Assembly (NCBI GenBank): GCA_025210965.1
Contig: JAOAQY010000030.1
Location: forward strand, 1-38,081
Source of the DNA: Tissierellales bacterium
GTDB lineage: Bacteria > Bacillota > Clostridia > Tissierellales > JAOAQY01
Length of the DNA: 38,081 nucleotides
Reading direction: 5' to 3'
The position numbers were made by a program, and so were the translations under genes. The notes under the pieces were generated by a model. That model was not told the DNA's origin. It made no database searches and was given only the letters and a program-made list of their open reading frames with translations. Positions 38,061 through 38,081 of this stretch are shown here, one piece after another (position 1 is the first letter of the stretch; the number at the start of each line of letters is the position of its first letter).

Positions 38061-38081
38061 AATTGATCCTGCTGATCTAGG

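Noticed and set aside
1-38081. CRISPR arrays, rRNA, tRNA, toxin-antitoxin pairs, restriction-modification or other defence modules
   Set aside because: A scan for direct-repeat arrays and for nuclease, methylase, helicase or ATPase-nuclease type ORFs found none. The only P-loop protein is a 178-aa THEP1-like NTPase without defence-associated partners.

Overview
This 38 kb window is AT-rich (about 30% GC by eye) and looks like chromosomal DNA from a low-GC Firmicute, probably a Clostridia or Tissierellia-type anaerobe. Coding density is high and almost every gene or gene pair ends in a long perfect-stem rho-independent terminator. In order, the window holds a TldD/PmbA peptidase pair, a DUF2156-like protein and a secreted TraB/GumN protein (all minus strand). 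It then holds an MFS transporter and an orphan Cache-HAMP histidine kinase, a MazG-like NTP pyrophosphatase, an Na+:alanine/glycine symporter, two YcxB-like paralogs, an M14 carboxypeptidase, and a flotillin-NfeD operon. A decayed IS200-like element follows, with a tnpA pseudogene carrying three in-frame TAG codons and one frameshift. Next come a lipoprotein and a THEP1-type NTPase. The largest unit is an eight-gene lysine/diaminopimelate operon on the minus strand (lysA-lysC-dapF-asd-dapA-dapB-dapH plus a class-III aminotransferase) behind a clear lysine riboswitch with terminator. Its N-acetyl-DAP deacetylase is transcribed divergently from a consensus promoter. After that come a VOC protein, a DMT transporter, a PucR-family regulator, a CPBP intramembrane protease and a RidA protein. 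The window ends in a molybdenum-hydroxylase cluster: XdhC-like maturation factor, a small membrane protein, D-hydantoinase/dihydropyrimidinase and an 876-aa Fe-S/Moco hydroxylase without an FAD subunit. That architecture matches the selenium-dependent molybdenum hydroxylase type, and the cluster is cut by the window end. I found no rRNA, tRNA or CRISPR array, and no clear defence system. The most interesting unexplained signals are terminator-like leader hairpins directly before the RBS of both plus-strand transporter genes, an HK with degenerate ATP-binding motifs and no partner regulator, a perfect 34-bp palindrome abutting a near-consensus promoter next to the IS remnant, and an orphan KdpF-like micro-ORF. 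Nothing here is unambiguously a new system. Domain calls are from motif recall without database searches.
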